Position numbers and translations under genes: made by a program. Below, in pieces: positions 24,158 through 38,450 of a stretch of DNA of 64,000 nt. Numbering within the stretch: the first letter of the stretch is position 1; every line of letters begins with the position of its first letter. The stretch lies in the NCBI GenBank assembly GCA_951406725.2, contig OX597817.1:121582001-121646000 (forward strand), given 5' to 3'. The notes beneath the pieces were generated by a model. That model was given only the letters and a program-made list of their open reading frames with translations. It ran no database searches and was not told the origin of the DNA. The DNA is from Octopus vulgaris (Eukaryota).

Positions 24158-25009
24158 TATACATGTGTGTGTATACACGTGTATTTTTATGCACATATAT
24201 AATTCATATGTGCTTATATACGTCCATACATGCTTACATACACACACACAGGTATATGAACACTTACACACACACAAACACAAAACTGAATCAATCCCTG
24301 ATAATATGTTTCTCTGTTTTGCCAAATTATCAAAGAATTGTCAAAAAACCTATCGCTAACTTAAGAACTTCGAGGGTAACAAAATTTAATTATCATAAAG
24401 AACTTTCTGTCACAATCTACAGTTTTTGCCATTTTACTGTATTTTAGAGTAACGCTAGATATTTTGTGTATTGTAAGGTGCTGATAATATACTCTCTGTT
24501 TCCACGTACATTTACTTTTAACAATCTGAGTTAAAAGAAAGACAAAGTAATTACACGTAATTATTCTTGAATATTCACTTGGTTAAGTAAGACGTAGTTG
24601 AGAAGATTATTCTTTCGTATAAACAAACGAAATACAATATTAACTTGGCAGCACGTTAAATCTACACAAGCAGCTGATTCCTTACCGAAGTGGAGGGAGT
24701 ATTTGGAATTAATTTATTATAGGTATTTTCATCATCGTATTTTCACAACATAGATTTACAGTAATTCAGCGACATGACTGAAAATAATTCCATACGATTT
24801 TTGGTTTACAATCTCTTGTGGTTTAAGAATCCTTGGTGTGTTACCTTCCAGTAATTAATAATCGAGTTTTAAAAGACACGCCATTGAAGTCTTATTAGAC
24901 TACACACACAAACGCACTCACGGACACTCCTCACAGACACGTTTATATATGCATGCATGGATGTCTTATACACATACATATATACATACACAGATTCATA
25001 TTCTCATTG

Positions 25010-25055
<46 letters not shown>

Positions 25056-25076
25056 TCATACATATGTATATAATAT

Positions 25077-25127
<51 letters not shown>

Positions 25128-25759
25128 TACATTCAGTCACAATGAGGAAATCCAAACCTCTTATAGGGATATTTATCCATGCTACACTGATTTAATGCAT
25201 TAAAATTTGAAGAGAAAAATCCTTCAATGAATATATTGTATAGGATGTCGTAAGATATCAGACATTTCTATTAGTTGGAAAACAGAGAGATCTAATGGAT
25301 ACAACTGAATCTATTAATCAATATTAACCAACTATTGTTTCATTTCTCAAATAAGATTAAAATTCGAAAGCATACATAAAAGTATACTTTCGCACTTTAA
25401 ATAACTTCTAAGGAAAATCGTCAGGGTTTTGAAATGACAATAATGATTATTGGGATACTTTTGAAATATACAGAATATATAATTATGTTTACTATGTGTG
25501 TATGTATACATACACACATCGTAAACATGTCTATATATTCTGTGTATTCCGAAAGTATCCTAATGTAATTATCATTGTCCTCTGAAAACACTGACGATTG
25601 TCCTTATACGGTATTTAAAATGCGAAAGTATATTTTTTGTAGTCTTTGTAATTTTAATCTTATTTGAGAAATGGAAAAATTTTTGGGTAACATGTTGATG
25701 AATTAATAAATTTATTTGTATCTGTTAGATCTTCCTGTTTCCTAACTTAATATATTATA

Positions 25760-27023
25760 CAGGGGTTAGGCAAAATAATGGAAACACCTTAAAATTTCAA
25801 ATTTATTTTAACATGGGCTAGGACGGCCGTTGACAGTAATTACAGCTTGAATTCTACGAGGTATGGACTCGTACAAAGTTTGAATTGTTTGTCCATTCTT
25901 CAGCTAAAACAGTCACGAATTCTTGTAGTGATGATGGTGGAGCATATCGACACCTTACTTGTTTTTCTAAAATGCACCATAAATGTTCAATAATATGGAG
26001 ATTTGGGGACTGTGGTGGCTAGGTAAGATGCTCAACTTCACAAAATGTTCCTCGTGCCATTCAGTAACAATTTCAGCCGTGTGAATTGGTGCATTATCAT
26101 ATTGAAAGATTGCATTTCCCTCTGGAAACAGTTTCGCAACTATAGGATGAATTTGATCAGATAAAATAGTTGAATAGTCTTGACTATTTACGTTTACGTG
26201 TGTATTGATATTAATTCTGTCATGAAGGGAAACCTTTGGATCGGCGGATTTCCAAGATATAGACCCCCCAGATCATCACAGATCCTCCTCCATGTTTAAC
26301 AGTGGGAAGAAGGCAGTCTGGGTCAAATGCTTCTTTTGGTTGTCTCCACATGTATACTCGGCCGGAGTCGGAAATAAGGTAATGGATGACTCCTCCAAGA
26401 AAATAAAATTCTTCCACTGCTCTAGGGACTTATTCTGTAGGTTTTTACTCTACTCTAAACGCTTTGTAACGTTTGTTTTTGAAAGTAGTGTTTTTCTGGT
26501 TGCGGCCCTCCCATGAAATCCGGCGAACAGTTTTTTGTGGAAACTGGGTTTTCGAGGTGGTCACTAAGCTCTGCAGTAATATGGGGAGCTGTACTTTTGT
26601 GATCCTCTCTAGCAATTTGCATAAAAGTCCGACGGTCCCTATCTGAAAGTTTTGGTTTTCTTCCATAATTTTGTTTCAACAAGGAGGTTTATCCCTATTT
26701 CTTAAAGGCAACCATTACTTTCAAGACAATACTTCTTGATACACAAAACATTTCGGTTGTTTTAGTTACGCTAGCACCTGTCGTACCAGCACCAACAATT
26801 TGACCTCTGTGAAAGTTCAATAGATCTGTCATTTTAATTGAATTTTAATTACCTTTTTCTGATGATAATTGAAAAGAAACAGCAATTTTAGCAAAACATA
26901 TTAAGCAGCACTAATAATAAATAAAAAAAAACACATAAAAATAAACAAGCTTTTGACGGTTTTATAGATATATCAACATTATGATTCTATGATGCTAGTT
27001 GTTTCCATTATTTTGCCCAACCC

Positions 27024-27026
<3 letters not shown>
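25760..27026 (-). mobile_element. Tc1-like transposon, near full length, with TIRs and TA TSD
   Basis: TIRs CAGGGGTTAGGCAAAATAATGGAAAC / GTTTCCATTATTTTGCCCAACCCCTG (25/26 match), TA on both sides. Confidence 0.95.
25808..26832 (-). pseudogene. Tc1 (DD34E) transposase pseudogene
   Basis: MTDLLNFHRGQIVGA start, GRKPKLSDRDRR, PTVKHGGGSVMIWG, FQYDNAPIHTA, *PPQSPNLHIIEHLW and RRIQAVITVNGRPSPC*; multiple frameshifts and stops. Confidence 0.93.
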
Positions 27027-27076
<50 letters not shown>

Positions 27077-27120
27077 TGTTCGCGCGCGTGTGTGTATTAA
27101 TAGACGTGCAAATGCATATA

Positions 27121-27170
<50 letters not shown>

Positions 27171-27177
27171 TATATAC

Positions 27178-27236
<59 letters not shown>

Positions 27237-27420
27237 CAATCGCATAGGGACCATTAACAGGCGTCCATTCATAGTATTTGCTTCTAACTAGTTATATCTG
27301 TTTTTCTTTGCTGGTATACACATGAATACATTTGTAATTTGGGTTAATAGTAATTCCAATTTGACGAAACGTAATAGTTTAATCCAACAGGAAAAATATA
27401 TCAACAAATTACGCAAAGTT

Positions 27421-27570
27421 AGCAGCCTTTGTTCCGACTCTGTTCTAAATTCAAATACCACCGTAGTTGACTTTGCCTTTCATCCGTCCAGGTTCGATAA
27501 ACTAAGTGCCAGTTGAACAGTAGGATCGATGTAATTGACCGAAATTGCTGCCCAAAATTTGAAACCAATA
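27421..27570 (+). mobile_element. SINE family B copy
   Basis: AAATTCAAATACCACCGTAGTTGACTTTGCCTTTCATCC...GATAAACTAAGTGCCAG. Confidence 0.75.
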
Positions 27571-27599
27571 AAATACACACGGGCAAGTTATTCGAAAGC

Positions 27600-28058
27600 A
27601 TTGATGTTGATGGTGATACAGCTCAAGTTTCCTGTATTGATTATCGAAGCGTATATAGCATTGTCAGAACGAAGCTTTAAGGGGTCAATTGTCGAGTGAA
27701 TGAAGAGGTTTAGCACCAAAATGTTTTGAGCTGGCAAAGATGCGAGTGAAGTGAAAATGATCAAACATGAAAATGCGCCTGTTAAGTGGATTGCAAAATC
27801 TATGGATATGCCCCCATATTAGGTAAGAACGTTACAGAAAGACCTTATTTCTCAATGAAGTGTTGCAAAAAAGAAGCGAAGATTTCAAATGCTATGAGGA
27901 AGTGAACTTTTCGGTCGAAAATCAGCTTCTTGTGGAAGCAACTTCTACGAATTTTTCAGTTCAAGGCAGAACGTATGCGTAACGAAACTGAAACATTGAA
28001 TTCTTATACAAAATCAGTTCTCATTGTGTAATGAAAAAATTCTTCAAAAGCCTCTCGG
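27600..28058 (+). pseudogene. Heavily decayed mariner transposase 3' fragment
   Basis: KHENAP (HDNAP), W.....PPY* and RRF motifs in order; ends in TIR-like TTCAAAAGCCTCTCG. Confidence 0.45.
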
Positions 28059-28072
28059 CTATTTTCTTAGAA

Positions 28073-28115
<43 letters not shown>

Positions 28116-28324
28116 CAAAGATAGAGGGAAAGAAGTGGAGAGCGAGATTTAGAGGGAGAGGTTGTGTGGGTGTATATGTGTGTAAGCCTGCACGATGACA
28201 ATCAGTGCTTTCTTTTTAACATGATCATCAGTTGCAAAGGACGAAAAGAAAAATTGGCCTTGGTGATACATAATGTACGAAGGAGACATCTTCCAACGAT
28301 CTTCCAAACCAATAGAAAAATAAT

Positions 28325-28697
28325 TCTTTCTAATTTTTGGCAGAAGGCCAGCGATTTTGTTCAACCAGTATTTACTTATTTTTTCGACCTCGAAAGGCTA
28401 AAAAGCAATGTCTACTTCGGTGACGCAGAACATAAAGCCAGAAAAATTACTGCTATGAATTTTATGCGACTCACTGATCAATTCTTCAGCTCACTGGCTA
28501 AATTGTGCAATAAAAAATCCTTTCTGCTATAGGCACAAGACCTGAACTTTTGTGGGGAGGAAGCTCGACAGGTACTTATTTTATTGACCCCGAGTGAATG
28601 AAATGTAATGTCGGCCCTCAGCAGAATATGAACTCATAATGTAATGCTGCTCAGCATTTTGTCTGGCGTGCTATCGATTCTGTCAGCACGCGGCCTT
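28325..28697 (-). mobile_element. Two tandem SINE family B copies
   Basis: The core TACTTATTTT.TCGACC.CGA occurs at about 28373 and about 28574, each followed by a degenerate tRNA head. Confidence 0.75.
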
Positions 28698-30011
28698 AAA
28701 TCCAATAAATAATAATTAAATATTTTTCAAGTGAACACACACACATACTCATATACATACACACACACATACACACACATGTATAGTTGTATAGTTGAAA
28801 AGTTACATGAACGCAAGCATAAATTCTTTGTTCCTACGTATATATTTGTGTGTGTGTTCTGGTATGTATGTGTGCATGTAAGTGTACCAGCTTAATACAC
28901 ACATGTACACATACACACGCGCATAAAATCATACGTACATATTAATGTGGGGGTATCTGAGCGCATGTTATGTATGATTCGTATTATCGAGTAAACATAT
29001 ATTTACTTGTATACGCTTGCGTATCAACTTGCGTTCTTTTTTGTGTAACGTCCCAATCTTCAAAGAGATCCCGATAAAATAAATGTCAGTCTGAAAAACT
29101 GAGTGTTGATATCGATATGGTTTTATCAGACTCGTGAATGACATATGTCAACATGACCGCGGTCCAATGAGAGTAATTAGTAAAAGAAATGAAACGAAAT
29201 CTAAATAAATTTGTAACCTCATACATATTCCTCCAAAACGATTGTCTTAAAGTAAATTATTAATGTTACACTGCAAGTAAAAATTTCTAACACAAACATA
29301 AAATATTACTATTAGGTGTGATGTTGAATAGCCTATTAGATCGACTCAGCATTTGTACTTATTTTATCAACTCCAGAATAATGGAAAGCAAATTTGAGTC
29401 CAGTTAAATTTAAATTCAAAAGGGAAAGGATGAAACTAAATATCACAAGGAAGTATTGTCTGCCACTCAACAAAACCTGTGATGTTGTTTCTTATTGAAG
29501 ACAACAGAATATCAACTTAACATGGATTAGATTACCGTTATAATTTCTTTAAGCACATTTCGAGTTTTAACTTTCAATGGCTTATAACAAAGCTATCGCT
29601 ATCAACTGGTGTGAGAAAGAAGGAGAATATAATAAAAGAAAATAATGCAAGATAATAATGTAATTGTAGTATATTTTAAGACATATAAAATGAATTTTGA
29701 ACAATCATTATGCATTCTCCATTTAGGAGAAGAAAGCACCCTTCTCTTTAATACCCGTAACAATGTCTTACATGCCATTGCTGTATTGTCATGATAATGT
29801 TATGGATGTATGGTTGTTAGATATATATATATATTTTCTTTTATTGGATTCTCCAGAAAAGGTTTGGAAATTTACAATTGATTAGGGAATTGCACATTTA
29901 AACGACGTAGTTTGCTTCGAAAAATATTAGAATATCAATAGGGCTATTGAATTTTTATCTCTGATAATATTGATGATGATGGGAATATAATATGACACTA
30001 CTGTTGATACT

Positions 30012-30069
30012 AGTAATAATAATAATAATATTAAAAACGATGATGATGGTGATGATGATGATGCTGATA

Positions 30070-30116
<47 letters not shown>
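30012..30116. repeat. (TAA)n grading into (TGA)n microsatellite
   Basis: Direct inspection; source of the poly-M ORF. Confidence 0.95.
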
Positions 30117-30369
30117 AAAGTTTGTTCGTAACACAGTTCACAAAGCTGCTGTTGATTGTGATGTGGAAACATGCAATATAAATAAAACGATTACTGTAAG
30201 AACATCGTCAAAACAATTTCTTTTAACAAAGTACAAGGTTGAAGACTTCAACAACAATAGTTAACATTACTACAGCTGCTTCTACAACCGCTACGGACGA
30301 TAGTTTGCTATATTTTATGAAGTTTTACTCGTTTATCAATGTTTTGTCATTAACAACAACAATAATAAT

Positions 30370-30510
30370 ACTTTCTCCTATAGACACCAGTCTGAAATGT
30401 CTCGGGAGAGGTGAGTTCTTTATATCATCCCCAGTGTTCAATTAGTACTTATTTTATAGACCTCCAAAGGAGGAAAGGCAAAGTCCAGCTCAGCGGAATT
30501 TGAACTCGTG
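30370..30510 (-). mobile_element. SINE family B fragment
   Basis: GTACTTATTTTATAGACCTCCAAAGGAGGAAAGGCAAAGTCCAGCTCAGCGGAATTTGAACTC. Confidence 0.78.
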
Positions 30511-31399
30511 CTGACGATACTTGCCGTTCACAACCTTTAAAACAACAACAATAAACTTTTTATTGACTACAGTAACACAGCAGTACAACAAAATGTGTGT
30601 CTATCAATCTATCTATGTATTTGCTCCCATCTGTCTCTCTCCTCACACATGCACACACAAATATGTATTGAATGCAAACTTAGAAGCATCGACAAATACA
30701 TGTCTTTATTAGTAATGTGTCTTGAAGTAAATTCAGTCATAAATAATTGCTTGCAAAACGTTGGCGTGAAAACCTCTTGCATAAAAAACACAAGCTTCCC
30801 ATGGAACTTGAACCGAACATCTCCTGTAAACCCCTGGGAAATGCAATCAATTACAAGAAAACAAGTATTATTTTCCATCTTATTAAATGTTTCTATCCTG
30901 GCAGCGAGAAAGTATGCTAACATTTAAAATGCAAATGCAGAAGCATCATATATGTGTAAAACAGTCAATATTAACGATGTATTTCGATGTAAATTTAGCT
31001 ATAAAATATTGATTATAATACATTGGGTTAAAAACCCCCTGGATTTTCTGTAATCCAGACAGACATGCAACCAATTACATTTAAAACAACTCCCATGTTT
31101 CTTCCATCCAATTATCGCTTTATTGTAGATATGCTGTTAGAGATTTCCTTGTACTACACACACAAGAACAAAATTTTTTTCTGCTTTTAAAGAAGTAGTA
31201 GGTTGTCACGAAATTTATTTCGTAACTATTTTAAAATCTTCCTCAGTTTCTCTATACTTTTTCTCTATACTTTTGCAATGGAAACTGGAACGGTTTCAAA
31301 ATACATCGAAACTTAAATCGACTATTTCCGTCTGCTGTAGTTATATCATGAGGAAATCAAAGCCTCTCAGTTTTTAAGCATTCTCATACACAATACCCA

Positions 31400-31765
31400 A
31401 ATTAATGTTTTGCTTTTGCTGGAATTTTTAACACAGCTCAGCATATTTCCCTCTCCAATGCACATCATGAGATGCATGCACATACACTTGAATAATAATC
31501 TTGCATTAAGTTGCAGGAAAATAATAATCTTGCAATAAGTTGAAGGAAAAGGATAATTCATATAAGATACGATAAAAAATACATTGTGAACGAAATAGCG
31601 GTTAAATTTGTCTACTCTCCAAAACATATAGTTGCTGTAAAGAAATTTGGGATTTTGAAGTGCTGATGGCTTGAGCACCTTAAGGGAAAGGAGTTCAGTC
31701 GAGGACAAAAAACTTAGTCCTTTTGAAAGCCGTTGTAATATAGTCATGGCGAACCTAATGTGCAT
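31400..31765 (-). pseudogene. hAT transposase C-terminal (dimerisation domain) relic
   Basis: The ORF contains ELLSLK...YMFW...YPFPSTYCK, resembling ELxxL...FW...PFxSTYxCExxFS. Confidence 0.4.
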
Positions 31766-32169
31766 GATGGATAAAGATTTAAAGACACACTATCGTCTTA
31801 TCGATATTTTATTTACAAACCTCCAATTGACAAAATATGAATGTTATAACTGATTATCCATTTCTTTAGAGACGTTTGTGCTATACCACAGGTAAAATTC
31901 TCGGTCTCCTTTAACCGAAAAGACTAAAGCATAGTTATAGATTTTGACAGGTAGAAACGTATTAACCATTTACTGTTCTCTGATAACTACACTGGGTTAA
32001 TTATTGATACAACACAATAGTGCGCAACTATAGTAACAGTAAACCTCGAGAATCCAAATGTTTGTTCTTTTCTCTCTTGGTTTTTTTTAATCGCTGTTTC
32101 TAGAGTAGCTCTCAAGATATAACAGATTCTCCGAAACCGATGACATTGATACCATTAATGTTTTTCTTG

Positions 32170-32460
32170 AACTATTGCATATCAACACCAGTGAACTAGC
32201 CAAGAGCGGGGAAGGAATTCCAGGAATCGGCGTGGAATGAGCGTAGTTGCTAGCTTGGAAACTGCAGAGGAAAGTAATAAGAGGAGGAGAGACGAATGTG
32301 TCACCAAAACAGCAATGTGGGTATGATGAACGCAGCCAACTCTAATGAGCAGAGGTCTTTAGAGAAGTGATAAAGAAGACTGTGGGCCAGAGCTTTGGTA
32401 GAGTCTACGAGTGACTTTATGACAGTTAGTCAGGTGGTCCTATTCTAAGTGCGTTTTAGG
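32170..32460 (-). pseudogene. Decayed LINE 3' coding end
   Basis: Minus strand gives LCSLELAAFIIP and, across a frameshift, IPR..WNSFP, typical of CR1/Jockey-group ORF2 ends. Confidence 0.35.
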
Positions 32461-33530
32461 TTGCCTGAAGTCTATTTGATTTCGTGGTGAAACCTCATGA
32501 CGAAAGCACAGATTTTGCCGAATTTCATTTACATTTACCTATGTAAGGAATCGAATGTTTCCCTATGTCGAAACACTGATTCTATATTATATTATAATTC
32601 TCAACATCCATCTGTTTGACTCGGTTCGATGGGGAAAGTCTTTGAACATGTCGATATGTATTGGCTATAGGATAATTCTTTTCGAATGTAAATCAATACA
32701 TATGTTTTGGAGATATATGAACAAAGTTTTCGTTTCGGCAATGAAAGTACCAAATTCGATATTTTTCCTGCAAATGAATTCCAACGACCTGTCTCAATCT
32801 AACTTATGCCCAATCGCAATCACTGCGAATCATTTTAAACTATAATTGTTACAGTGACAAGTAAGAGCAAGTAGACTAGATAGATAACCGTCTACTTATT
32901 CATAGCCGTCATCGAAATCGACAGGCTGTAAGATTCCAATCAGTAGTATCATCTCAAATGCACTAAGCGTAGATAATTTGCATCAAAGTTAAGCCCTGAA
33001 ATATAAGTAGCTGATCACATGAATGGCTAAGTGATTATTTCAGTATATGGAAAGAGACAAACTGATGATTCACTTGAAAATTTTCGAATTTGTATTCTTA
33101 AACATAACTCGAATGCGAAATATTACCTCAAACTGGTTTTAACGATAAGAATAAAATCCAATAAATCGACTATTTCTACTTTTCATCTGATTTTTCTATT
33201 AGCAGTAAATCAACGATACTGAGAATTTATTTCAATATTTTATAGCCGTCAATATCTTTCGTTGTCAGCACCTAAATAATATTGAATATCATAGTATGTT
33301 TTAAACAGTTACAAACAAACGTAACATCAACGAAAATCATTTTAAAGAAACGGTTTTATTTCATTTCATAACGCAAACCGTTACGTGACTGCGTAATAAA
33401 ATATATTCCACAAATTAATTCTTAATCTGTTCAATACTAACTGAAAATAACAATACAACAAACAATTTCGTGTGTATATTTACAATATTTGGAATGTTTA
33501 TTTCTATATATGCAATCAAAAAGAAGCACA

Positions 33531-33582
<52 letters not shown>

Positions 33583-34199
33583 GTGACCTTTTCTGATTGA
33601 TAATATTTACTTATTAGTTGAGCTACACAGTTCACATGCTAAATATGTAGTTAAGCAAAAGATATTAAAAATACTATTTCCTGTGTTGAACATGTTTTGA
33701 TGAAGTAAATAAAACATGCTTAAATTTTGTGGAACATATATCATTTTAATTTAGCCTCCGGCCAGGTTTGTGTAAGCCTAGTCATAGGGTAAGTGTTCAA
33801 GCTATGCGTATTCCATCATATTTTCTGGTATTATATCCGTATTTACATATTAAGATAGTAAGGTAAAGTTTCAGGAATATTTGGTTGCTATCTCTAGGAT
33901 GCAAAAGTATATGTTTCATTGAAATATATTTTTCAAGTCTTATGTAAATAAAACTAAGATATACGCATTAGACAAAGTACTCCTTATATCTCTCTAAACT
34001 TATCTTTAATTTCATTTCAATATATTTCGGAAGACTTTTCCAGAGAGACCTTCTGTCTTTAATATATTTTTATCGTTTGACCAAACACCGATTATTAACC
34101 TTCATGACTTTGTTAAAAACATTTGAGATTACAAGGGGTGAAATAGCCTGCAGATAGAGATAAAAGCACTGGTGATATTAAATCGAGAGGTCGTTCACG

Positions 34200-34516
34200 T
34201 ATTTTTATTTATTTATGCGTCCTTTTCAAGCCTAGCCAGGCTCATGGGCCCGGTTTCCCGGTTTCTGTGGCGTATGTATTCCCCTCAGCTGGACGGTACG
34301 CCACTCCATCGCAGCGGCACTCAAGAAACAGGAAAAAAGAGTGAGAAGAAGTTGGGGTGAAAGAGTACAACAGGGGTCGCCACCACCTGCTGCCGGAGCC
34401 TCGTGGAGCTTTAGGTGTTTTCACTCAATAAACACACACAACGCCCGGTCTGGGAATCGAAACCGTGATCCTCCGAACGCAATTCCGCTGCCCTAACCAC
34501 TGGCCATTGCGTCTCC
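34200..34516 (-). mobile_element. tRNA-derived SINE: head as at 418-690, tail as family C
   Basis: Minus GGAGACGCAATGGCCAGTGGTTAGGGCAGCGG...GGTTTCGATTCCCAGACC...GCGATGGAGTGGCGTACCGTCCAG...ACAGAAACCGGG, then an A-rich tail. Confidence 0.85.
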
Positions 34517-35434
34517 GGTCTTTCACGCATACCATTTGAATATTCAGTTAGAATTATATTTACGGAGGTTTCTTTGAGAATCAACAATAATACAGTAATC
34601 TGGTTGTATAGAGTTAGTTGTTGACTATCAAAATTGATTGAAATGATTTTTTATTGCACAACAATATTTACAAAATCAATCTTTGTTTCTAAATGTAATC
34701 TTCTTTGAAAACTTTTATAACAGTTAATCATATAAGGAGCAAACCCAATGCTTTAAGTAAGACATTTCACAAGGTTCTTCATTATATACGGCTATCATTC
34801 TAAGTTTTGATAAAAGGAGAGCTACTACTGACGTAAATGAAACTAAGTTATGTTATGGAAGAATCACTGTGTTTCATTTCTAATACTACACTTTTAAAAA
34901 GTAATTCAATATTTAATGTTTCATATTTTCCATCTCCGTTCAGTTTCGTTCTAAATATAGTCTGATGTCAAATTTCTACAAGACATAGATTTAGGCATCC
35001 TTGAATGATCCACGGAAACGTAGTCGAACTACTCTTTTTTGCAGTTTCATTGTCTGTCTGATTATCTGTCAATCTGTTTGTCTATCAATCATTCCATGTA
35101 TGTATGTATGTATGTATGTATGTATGTATGTATGCATGTATGTATGTATGTATGTATGTATGTATGTATGTATGTATGTATGTATGTATGTATGTGTGTA
35201 TGTGTGTACGTATGCACGTGTGTATGTATATATAAACCAGCATTGATTGAAAAACTAAATAACTGCAAAGTATCTAAATATTATTTGTGGTTTCTTATAT
35301 ATATATATATATATACAGTAAAAGCAATTAAGATTCAAGTGAGTTCTGTTGAATTCACATGAATGCGGTACTTAACTTGGATGCACCAGAAATCTATATG
35401 GTATTAACCATAAGATAATGCGGGGTGATTATAA

Positions 35435-35609
35435 ATAAGAAAAAAGCAACAAGAATGGATCAATATTTCGGTACAATTGTGAGTACAATATTTCGGTACA
35501 AAAGTGAGTACGGGTCACTTATATTTACTGCAATATTTGCAGCCTTAATAAAGCTGTCTTCGTACGAAACAATTGTACCAAAATATTGATCCATTCTTGT
35601 TGATTTTTT

Positions 35610-35614
<5 letters not shown>
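35435..35614. repeat. Inverted repeat, 46-bp arms, with internal 25-bp tandem duplication
   Basis: 35435-35480 versus 35569-35614; CAATATTTCGGTACAA..GTGAGTA occurs twice; the right arm runs into (TA)n. Confidence 0.92.
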
Positions 35615-35660
<46 letters not shown>

Positions 35661-37234
35661 TTCTAAAGCTAGAAAATGTCTAAATCTTATTTGTTAATAA
35701 TGTAACTTTCTTGTATATATACATGCATATATAGAAGAAATTAAAGCTACAATGCATTAAAGGTATTGTGAAAGTATGCAAATCTTTTCAGATATTTGGC
35801 AAAATATAAGTGAATTTACACTCATATAGACACACTCACAAACACACAGACTTGTAAATATAAATTATGAGGAAAAAGGGTCCTTTCAATATTATGGTTC
35901 TCTTTAAAAATTCATGTGTAATCACCTGACATATTTAGATATTTTATAAACGCAGTTGACATAATATTGGCAAATATTTAACCACAAATATTAGATAAAC
36001 GTAAAAATAAATCCATATGATTATAGTATATAGCTGACGTCAATGGCGGAATGTCAAGAACATATATAGTAATAGAGATTTTCCAAAATCTGTAAATGGC
36101 TGCTGGCGTCAATATCTATATCACACAAATAGTTAAGAATATTTCTGTGATAAACTTGGAGGATATTACTGATATATTTCAAGTGTAGGTACATATCAAA
36201 GCATATTAGGTTACTGAAGAAAAATGATTCTTTGGGGAAGTGCATGCTGTTAATGGTATGGTGTCTTATTGAATATATAATTTGGATCTATTATCTTTTC
36301 TCTGAGAAAAAAAAAGATTAAGTGTCTGTTATATTGATGACATGTGATAGAATATGCTGATTCAAAGAGTGGTTAGCTTAACTCAGCTGTCATGATACTT
36401 TTCAACTTATAGTTAGGTTATTTACATACACATACGCTAAAACATGTGAGTATAGATGACGAGAAATTCAAATATATATTCTTTTCAACAATATACATTA
36501 ACTCTTTTCAACAGCACTCTCACTTAGAATTAGAAATATATTTTGTCAAAGTACGTTTACATGTTCACAAATAAATACACTCAAAATAAATAATTTTAAA
36601 ATTTATATTATATAGCAATAGCCTAATTTTTATGTCACTGGTGTAAGAATCGGGTTAATTGGGGAACATATATTCGTATATATGTTTCTCGATAGATAAA
36701 AACTGAGATGTTACGAGCAGGGTATATATTCTCACTTAGAAATGAGCTGAAAAACTGACCGTGAAAAATCAGTTAAATGTGACTAACATCTATATAGTTT
36801 CGGTGATGTACAATTCCTGACCGACGTACCATGTCACAAAAGAACATCCTTAGTAAACTTGAGCGTATGCTTTTTCGCTACTTGCGGAATAGACAGATTC
36901 CACTCCATGCGATTCCATCTTCTGCCGACAATTTTACATAGAGGTTTCTGGATGGTATATTTGATCATGAACAAGTGCCGCGTTGCTACTAAGAGATTTA
37001 GACGACAAAGAAAAATGAATAACTTTGGTCGTTGTTCGTTCGACACCTTCATCTCAAGCCCTTCTCTCTGGTGGAGCCGCAGTTCTAGATTAAGAGAAGA
37101 CTGATTCTGGAGTTTTGACATACGGGGACGGTGTGAAGCAACTGTGTTAATATGCAGGTCCGATCAGGTCATCAGCGATCATAGATGAAGAAGAGCGTGT
37201 AATCATTTCCAAGGCATCAATGATTATTATTTAA

Positions 37235-38450
37235 AAGCAACAGAATAAATATAGACCCATAACATAAAAGGTAAGAAATGCAATGATATATGAAAATATT
37301 AATATCTAGAAAATAATTCCTTTCTAGAAGAGAAGGAGGAATGTTGCAAAGGTTCATATGCCAGTAACGATCAATAACTGATCAACAAAGCCATACCCGG
37401 AGGTATGTATGAATTGACTACCAGAATACTTTTAACCATGTTCCGTTGAAAAAAAATAGTCTCAAGTAAGATAACCCAATAATAAGCAAGTACATTACAC
37501 ACAGCATGAGGTAACTACAATTAATATTATAGAAAAAATGGAAACGAAAGAAACGTAACCTCATCTCTGTTAGAAATGAAATGTTCTAAGGAACTGTCTT
37601 TTTCCACACCGTTTCTGCATACTTCTAACACCTAGCCAACATATTATAAAAGAAATGATTGAGATATAGCTGTTATAGGAAGCAGTGAACCATCTTTTCT
37701 ACAAAGAAGATCTCAAATTGTACGCTACAGAGAAGCAGCTAGAACAAAATTCAAAGAAAACACGCATTTACTGAAGGAACCGATTCGGATTTAAAAATTG
37801 TCATGGCAACTTTGGAGGGGAAAAATTAAGAGCATTAATATTATTTGAAATAGAGATAGAAGAACTAGACCAAAAGAGACTTACACATATGTATCAAAGA
37901 ATTTAACAGAATGGAACGTTCACAAATCATAGAAGGTAAGAAGGAAATATTGCAAATACTTCAGATTAATACTTAAAATAAAGCCATCACTACTCAAGCT
38001 GTTGAAGTAATAGTTTGAATAGTTATGTTATCCTCAACTTGATGCTAAATGAATGAGAAGACTACAAAAATAATGAACAAAAAACAATGATACGAAATCC
38101 TGCATACATAGATAACATTTATTAGAAATACAGAGTATTTGGGGCCTTAGGCAACTAGAAAACCATTATAAAATATCCACTGTGAGACTTGCAAAAATAC
38201 TTTGGAAACAACAATATGAATAGAAATGACTACAACACACGAAGGAAACAAAACTTATTCTGTCTTTAAAGATGCCATAAAATACAAACTGAAGTAGAAT
38301 TAACAGGCGGTAGTGAGAAGGAATGGAAGATAATGCTAGAAAATTCTAAAAACTATGTTTCAGAATTCCATATTAAAATAACGACAGATAAGGCCCATTC
38401 CTTATCAATACCTGTAAAACAGACAGTGGAAAAGACTAAAGGAAAATTGT
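37235..38450 (+). pseudogene. Dong/R4-clade non-LTR retrotransposon RT fossil
   Basis: Collinear motifs NKYRPIT, EECCKGSYASNDQ*LINKAI (GCxxGxxGxKDQLLINK), *IDYQNTFNHVP (WIDYxKAFDSVP), CLFPHRFCILLTP and VNHLFYKEDLKLYA (NHLLYMDDLKLYA). Confidence 0.82.

Noticed and set aside
36834-37200. GC-richer segment with ORFs on both strands
   Set aside because: No motif recognised; could be TE-derived but cannot be assigned.
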